The notes below the pieces were generated by a model. That model searched no databases. It was not told the origin of the DNA and saw only the letters and a list, made by a program, of their open reading frames with translations. This document shows, in pieces, positions 48,901 to 57,900 of a stretch of 64,000 bases of DNA. Origin of the DNA: Bispira polyomma (lineage: Eukaryota); contig OZ287750.1 in the NCBI GenBank assembly GCA_965649765.1, forward strand, positions 47,864,001 through 47,928,000, in the 5' to 3' direction. Each line of letters starts with the position of its first letter. Positions within the stretch are counted from its first letter, which is position 1. The position numbers were made by a program, and so were the translations under genes.

Positions 48901-51900
48901 CCAAACAGTCGGTACATTGTATTTTGACTAATTTCTTAAACGGGTTGAGTTCTTATTTTGTAAATGACGGGGAGCTATCATAGTGTAACAATTTAGGATA
49001 TTGTTTAGTGTACAAGGTTTGATATTGTTTAAAAGTTGACATATAAGCAGAATCAGCACTTTTGGTCAATGTAAGCTCGAAAAGGATCACCATTTCCAAG
49101 ATAACAGACGTTTTCTAAAAACACGCAGAAATTGAAGATGGTTGCCCAAATCAAAAATTACTATAAAAATTTACATAAAAGAAAAATCAGCCCTATGAGT
49201 CGAAAAGGAGCTTGAAATCGCTCTATCTAGCACCATTTCTGAGATAAAGGACATTTTCGAAAAAGACGCAGAAATTCAAGATGGCCGCCAAAATGTAAAA
49301 TTTTTTGAAAGATTACAAAAAAGTTAAATCAACCCTGTGGATCGAAAATGAGCTCGATATCGCTCTATCTAGCACCGTTTCCGAGATAACGGACGTTTTC
49401 GAAAAAGACGCAGAAATTCAAGATGGCCGCCAAAATTGAAAATTTTTTAAAAGTTTACATATAAGCAAAATCAACCCTGTGGGTCGAAAATGAGATCGAA
49501 ATAGCTCTATCTAGCACCGTTTCCAAGATAACCGACATTTTCAAAAAAGACGCAGAAATTCAAGATGGCCGCCAAAATTGAAATTTTTTTAAAAGTTTAC
49601 ATATAAGCAAAATCAACCCTGTGGGTCGAAAATGAGCAGAAATTCAAGATGGCCGCCAAAATTGAAATTTTTTTTAAAAGTTTATGTATAAGCAAAATCA
49701 ACCCTGTGGGTCGAAAATGAGCTCAAAATCGCTCTATCTAACACCATTTCCGAGATAACGGATGTTTTCGAAAAAGACGCAGAAATTCAAGATGGCCGCC
49801 AAAATTGAAAATTTTTTAAAAGTTTACGTATAAGCAAAATCAACCCTGTGGATCGAAAATGAGCTCGAAATCGCTCTACCTAGCACCGTTTCAGAGATAA
49901 TGGACATTTAAAAAAAATCCTTAATTTTTAAAATTTTTGAAATTAAAATCGTTTTATATCAGTAACGATCGCATATTTTTGGATGGGGTACAAAATAAAT
50001 AAAAATTCAAGCTATTCTTTAAAAGTTACACGCTGCATGTACTGGTCTAAAATTAAAAATAAAAAAAATCTTCACACGCTCAAAAAAGCACCCATCAACA
50101 CATTTTTTCCCCCATTTTGTATGATTGATCGACCCTGTCAATCAGTCAATTATCACCAGATTGACCTAAAAATTTTCGGACATCTATGCTTTGGTATTTG
50201 CAATGTGCATGTGAAATTTCATTGAACTATGACAAGTACTTCAAAAGAAAGGTTGATAAAAGTGCAAGATAGAGCAAAATAGAGCAAAATACTCATTTGA
50301 AGTACTCAGTACTCATTGAGTACTGGACTTAGAACTGTGAAATTTTTACATCATACATAAAATCAAAAAGTAGATGAATAACTTATACCAAGAAAAAGCC
50401 GAAATCCCCAATAGTTTCCGAGATAGCAAAAAAGTACCGATTTTTCGCATTTCACTAAAAATCAATCGGTTGGCAATCAGTCAATTATCATCCGATTAAT
50501 CTCATCAGCGTCTCCCGTCCTGAAAATTGCCTTACCAAGGTACATACCAAATTTCATTAAGCTATGATGAATACTTTTTGAGAAAACCTAGTGACAAGCA
50601 CTTTTACACCCCCAGGGTCACCTGACATTTAAGTAGGCCAAAGTTCAAAGCCAAGAATATGAAAAAAATTTCCCACTCCTGATTAAGAGAACTGCCAAAA
50701 ATAATTTTGATGCCGATAATATTGAAGGAGATATTCAAGGAAGACCATGCGGCGGCGGCGAGGAAACCAGGGGTGAAACCAAATAAGCGCCCTTTTCAAG
50801 GGACGCTTAATTATAACCACTATTCTGTATGCACCAAGTGTAGGAATTCAATCTGGCCAATTTGAAAAGTTTGAATTGTGATCTTGTATTATATTGATAT
50901 GCATGTAGTATTGGATGTCAACTGAAGAAATTAAGTGTATTAAGCAGAAAGAACTGGAAATACAAGACATCAGAGTTCTACAGTCTATCTATCCTGTCTC
51001 GATAACTATAAAGTGCCTATACTTTATAGTGCTCTGATGTATATAATCAAGCATTTGTATAAAAAAATCGGTATACCAATTTTCCTAGCCTACTGGGGGA
51101 AAACAATAAAGGTTTATATCTACTACCCATCAATTTTCGCTAATTGCATTAGTTTAGTCCAATTTAGTTTGATATTCTGCTTCTCAATCTCTGATGAAAA
51201 TCATATGCAGCACTTACACAGTAATTTTTACTGCGACCAAGTAACCTTTTCAACATCTAAACCTTACAACATCTAAACCTCGTTTTATCCTTGCATTTCT
51301 AGCTCAAAGGTAATAATGTTTGCTTATTACATAGAGGTCATTACTCCTTAAAATATATGTACCAAACCAAGATCATTGCACAAAAAGTCAACTAAGTTCT
51401 CAAGTTTCCATAGAAAAAATCTGAGCCTGTCATTGCAACTAATTTGATCATCAGGATTCAACACAATCCCTTTCAAGTGCAAAAATATCAAGAGATCACT
51501 TCAGAAAACAAACTATTTATTAAAGCTGCGAGTCGGTGTGCGAACTGCATTGATTATCGCCCACTCGGACTTGATGCATCAGTCGATGAATCGAAAAACC
51601 AATCCCAACCAAATATATTGCTGATACATACCTTAACTCAACTGTTTTTAATGTTTCCCCACAATATAACTTCAAATTTAGATGTAAAATGAACATAAAG
51701 TTACACTTTTACGTATCTATTATTTATATTTTTCCTAGGTGACAATGTGCCTTTGGGCATATACATAAATTTGGGCAAAAACGGATTAATACATACATGA
51801 TTGAGTCGCAAATCCCAGACTCGATGCATCACTATATATGCCATAGGTGATTAATGTATCGGCTAAACAACTTATCGCCGCTGCTTTACCATTTGCCATA

Positions 51901-54900
51901 GACAAATTCTTAGACATAAGAGAAGCATGGTTTAAAGATACACTTTTCATACTGCAAAATGTTTTTACACTACACTGGATTAATGAATGTATCAAAACCG
52001 TGTCTATAATACAGCGCTATGGCTGACCCCGAGTTGAAGACAGAGACTTGTGGATTAATACTTGTCAATGTCTCCAAGGTTCTTACAATTTGCCACTGGG
52101 TGAGAGGCTGGAGAGCATATATATTGACATAGGACTGTCATTGAGTGCCCACTGGAGCCAATATAGATTTGTCTGTACATGTATCTCAAAAAAAATACTC
52201 AATTTAGGAGGTCTCTACTTCTAAACTAGTTGACTAAGTGACAGTTACAAATGATTCTGCATTCAAGGTAACATCTTTCAACAAAGAGTCAGGGCTGGTA
52301 TTCTCGAACGTATACTCAGCTTAAACTCATACTCAACTCAAATATAGACCATGTGGAAATCATTATATATGGAAATAACCTATACTTGTGACCATTCATT
52401 TTAATATAGCTTTTAACCCTGAATTCAAATATCAAGTCAGATTTTAGATATATTTACCGTATTTAGAGATATAGAGATGCCATATTTGAGTAGTTTTGGG
52501 GGATATCAGAAAAAAGTCTGAGTCTTAACTTAGCTTAACTTAAGCTTTGTTTAAACATACTTTATTCACAATGAGGCAACAATCGCAAAAATACTATTAT
52601 ACAAAGCCTTCTTGAAATGAGAGAATTTACAAAATGAAGACAATGATTGAAAAACACAGGCAAGAATGAATAATGATAGAATGCTGGTGTGTGGTCAAAA
52701 ACAGTATATTTAAAAGCGTTTTGAAAAAAGTGTGGACTGCTTCAAATATTTTTAGTCTAAAGCTTAACATTAACGTCTAAACTATATAAGACTACCTACT
52801 GTTAGTCTTAAGAGTTAAGAGCAAAGTTATCACTAACCAAAGATCTTTTGTTACTATCACTGGGACTACAACTAAAATTTTTAACCTTTTTTCGGCCAAA
52901 ATCAAAGAGTAAAATCTCGAGCTGAAGACCTTTTTGTAAATACGGCTCCTTGTTTGATGGAATCTAGAGCTAGAGTGTAACTACTGACCTGACTGCTCTG
53001 AGCGAGTACTCTCCTCTTCTAGCCGAGGTCTGCCCTCTCCCTGATTGTTCCAGGCCTTGATACTAATCACATATGGGGTACCTGGTTCTAAAGAGACAAA
53101 ATTTAAACACATAGTACAGCTTCACTAGAATCTCTATTATTAAAATATATTGGGACAGCATGATTTTTCCCAAATAATGTCAGGGGTTCATATTTAATGG
53201 TAGAATGGTTTTCATGTAATACAATTTGGGGGAGTGAAAACACGTTTATGAACTAAAATATTTGGGACAATAATAGAAGTTTGGATAATCTATTTTATAC
53301 TGTACTTGGATAGCATAGTTAGGTATGACTACACCTGTTTCAAAATTAAGGACTAACATTACCACAAACAACAAAAAACTGATATATCACTTTGCCAATA
53401 TCAGTGACACATTATTGAGGATGACAGCCAACTTCTGAAAATGTTTAAAATATTTGCATTGCAAATTCTGACCACATTTATACTACTACATAACTTTAGT
53501 ATATTTTAAAACCACCCCACTTTATTAAATATTAAAGAAAACAAACACCAACGAAGTGTATTCAAAGTAATATCTCCGGATAAGAGGATGAACTTAAAGT
53601 TTCTGCTAATAGTCTTATGTCAGTTTGTTCCACACTATGAGTTTTTTAAATTGTTTGTTCTAGCATGAAATATGCCATGGGCAAAAACCCTAATGTTTTA
53701 TGCTAGGAATAACATCCAAAAGTAAACTACAACTGTTTATTAATTTTTGTTTTGATGAAAAAAAACAAAAAAACAACAACATAAAGGATCCAAAGTCATA
53801 ACAAACTGCTACAGAACAACCTCCATCAAAGCTGAGGTTTTTATATCAACAAAAACCCACAACTATGTAACAGTAATATATGTATCCCTCTGTAAAAGGC
53901 TGTTAATCACTAATAACATAGTGCAAGTCAGCGTTAATGGATGGAACTTCAACATATCACTTGAACCAACTACATGTACATAATATCTCATTAATATATA
54001 ACCATTCCAAGGAATGTACGTTTTAAATCAAAAAAAATATAGATAAACTTTAAAGATAACTTTCCATCTTTTCTTAAAACAACAGACATTCCCATTTTCA
54101 GAAAGTGTACCTTGTTGAGAAAAAGAAAACACACAAAGTACCGACAGTCATTAGAAGCTCAGACAATTCTTTTTTAAACATAGTTATCTATAATACGTTT
54201 ATTTTCCTTGAAGTAGTAGTTACACCTTCTTACATTATTATTATAAGAGCACAGTTTCAGGGTGAACATTATTTTTTATCCCTCTGTCTGAGGTAAAACA
54301 CATGCCAGCCAAATGGCATCACTTTAGAGTATCATTGCCCAAGAATTCTTATTTTAAAGAGAATCTAAAATTTTACTGAAACAAAGTTGTACAATAGAAC
54401 TGTATTTATAATACACAAGAGAACCTCTATTATCTGAATAGCTTGGGGGAGCAAGATTTTGTTCAGGAAAGAGGTTACTAAAACACAAGACATTTTAGTA
54501 AAACACAATAATGTAAAATTTAGGGGAGTAGAAATGAGCTCATAAAATGGAATTTTAGGCTACTAGAGGTTTGGATAATAGAGTTTGTACTGTATTACAT
54601 TTTTTAGATCTTTGTGATCAGTCAGCTGATAGAATCAAACTCCTTGGTTTCATTGCCCCGCTTACCTAAACTTTTGATGGTATGAAACCTCTGGTCATGA
54701 TCCAACCACAGCTTGTACACATCTGGTATTCCCTTGCCATAACCCAGGATATATCCACGGATACGGATATCCCTCTCAGGGGGAGGTATCCAGCCCACCA
54801 TGATAGAATTTGTCTGTGGTCTGGTGGTTAGGGAGGCTGGTTGCCCGGGTACAGTGGATTCTGTCAACAACAGGATAAGACATACATCTAATGAAATTCT

Positions 54901-57900
54901 ACACTGATAATTATCACCTAATTATTCTTTTGTGTGTTTCAGAATAGGGATAGGAAAGACCTCAACATGGTAACAAGAAAATGCTTGTGAAAAAATGAAC
55001 CTCTTTTAATGATGGAGGAGAACAAATACTTTAGGGAAGTAGCAAGACAATACATGAACTTACACCATCAAAACTGCATGTTTTTACCCATAGCTGGTTG
55101 ACTTAGAAGATTGATCATTGGTAACCTGTAGATATAAGAATCTTTCAAGAAAATATAATACCATGATACAGTGGTCTAAAGAAGTTATAATGCATCTGAA
55201 TATATACTGTGAAACTGTACTCTATTTACAAGTACTGAATTAAGCACTAATTAATATTTTAAATAAATTAATTTTTTAAGCACACACTCAAAAAACAGCA
55301 GATTGAGTACTCAATTTCACCTTAAAGGCACATATTCAGTTTTGTAAAATAACCGGAAAATATATCAAGTACAAGTAACTTATCAGCCAGAACACACACT
55401 TCACAGCTATAAATACACATTCACACTTTTAGCCTTACATGTACCCAAACACACACACAGGATACTTAAAATGTACCACTACACCAATTTAATACATAGG
55501 TGTCATTTTGCATCAGATCACAAAACTCACATTTCATTTGTATAAACAGTTAGAGCTGAAATCTTGTCTCAAGTACATCTAGTTTGATTTGTTTGAAAAG
55601 GTTTCCTTGTTAATTTAAGAATTCAACTGTTGGGAGTTGTGTCCTGTTTATAATACAAACACCCTTTCAGAATAACAACTTCTAAAACAACAACAAACAA
55701 TGAAATCTGAGAACACATTTTCATACCCTTAAAATCTTGTGGGAAGCCTTAGTACATAACCAGATGATTAAATCTCTTGTGTGACTTTTATATAAACTCA
55801 CTGCTTCTTTATCATACTTTTAATTACACACAATAAACATTGTACTCAGTAAAGTGAGTTAGGGAAATAACAAGACAATGAATGAATTTAAAACGCACCA
55901 AAGCTGCATGATTTTACCCATACTTGGGGGTTTGATGTAGAAAGATTAATCATCTACTGAAAATGTGAGCATATTAATGTCAACCAGCATGTGATTAACG
56001 TGTTGTATTCACATGATCTCCAGGACATAAACCAGCACAGATACAGAGCAACAAAAGAACACATATTGATAAAAAGTCTTGGTCATAAAAGAAAACAATA
56101 TAAACTGTCAACAAGGTCTTGATTTTTATCTTTCTGATATGATCTCATGTCAATGGGTCATATTTTTCCCATTCAGTTACTTAAATGTCACAGACTGTCC
56201 CAATCTATAAGCCAGCTTACCATCCAGGTCATACTGGTACGTATTAGCAGACTCCCAGTCTGTAGGTACACCACTGCCATTTACATTTAAGGCTGCCACA
56301 CGGACCTGGTACACTGCTCCTCGTTCTAGCTCTGAAAATTAAGGTAAAAACAAACCAAACAGCTTATTTCCTGCGTGTTTATCAAGTTTTTGTATTTTTT
56401 TTTTTTTTTTTCAAAAAACATCAGGCCTATTATTTTTAGTATCATATATCAATATCAGTTTATTTAACACTCCAATAAAAACATTTTAAAATCAATATAT
56501 CTTAATGAGGTAATTCTGTTTAGTCAAACTGCTAAGGCATTCTCTTTTAAAATCAATCGCATTGAGTGAAATCCGGCTGAAGTAGGTGTTTTTTGCCCGT
56601 CCTTTAAGCTTCGACTTTAGGAGGTTAAAGTGAATATTGATTTTGTACTAACATTTTGTATAATATTCAAATGTAACCATAACATGTTTTATTTTGTCAA
56701 TTTTTACACAATTTGATTAGAATTTTACTAAACACTAAACAGGCACCACCATTTAGCATTTGATTGTTTCCAATCGGGAAATTACTTTGCCACAAAAATG
56801 TTTGAATACACGCCACTCAGTCAAACAATCAACATTATTTCGCCTTCAACATTCTATTATCAATTATGGCAAAGAATGAAAAAAGTTTTGACATTGATAT
56901 ACAAATTGTCATTCAATAGCAACACATCAGGCGCATGACCTTTTATTAATATACTGTAATACTGGCTAGTAGCTAAAGCGATATCATTATTGAGCTTGCC
57001 AATTTCCGCTCACAGATAAAAACTGCAGCCATCTAAATTCAAGTTCCCAGCAGATTTTGCTTACAACCTTAACCAAATGTTTACAACCCTCTTCCTATGG
57101 AATATTTGTTTTCTGCAATAAATATATAGCTTAGGAAGCATTAGGAAGATCTTTGGACTACCACATGTACAAATATCCATTCTACTTTATTTAAAATTTC
57201 ACAGCAGATTCTCATGGTACACACTGGGTTAAAGGGGGCAATAATTTAGTAAAATTTAAATTTTTATTAATAGGTAATACATAATAAAGGATAAAATGAG
57301 AGTTATAGGGACTAAAATTTAACGACAGGCAAATTATGACTAACTAATTAAACAAGCATGCTATTAGTTTGCTCCAAAATGACGAGATTTCAGCCAAAGG
57401 AAGATCCATGACATTTACTAGGTCAGATATTCATTGCCTATTCCAAGACACAATTGGACTTTTGACTTTCAACTAGATTGTACACAACAATGAGGTAGGT
57501 TATACTGGGATTACTGTGGCTTTCATTAGCTTGACTTATATATCATGGTATATGAGAGGAGGGCCAAAATATGCAGACAGATAATTATGTAAATGAAGCC
57601 CATGTTTCAAATGTAGCCAACAGCCTACTCTGGCTGTATCACTACTGTCTGGTTGTATATGAAGTGTTTTCATGCAACTGATGCTGAGGACAGCCAGCCA
57701 ATACCGACCAAAACTATTGCTTATGGTAGTAAAAATATTAGTTGGTGTCTGCTATCTGGTTTTCAACAATTGGCCATTCCCTACATCAAAACACAGGTTT
57801 TATACCACAGTAATGTTGTGTAAAAAGTCTACCTGCTAAAGCAAATGATCTCTGGTTGGCGTCCTCTGTTATAGTGGCTCCCCTCTTGTCTCCGTCTTTC

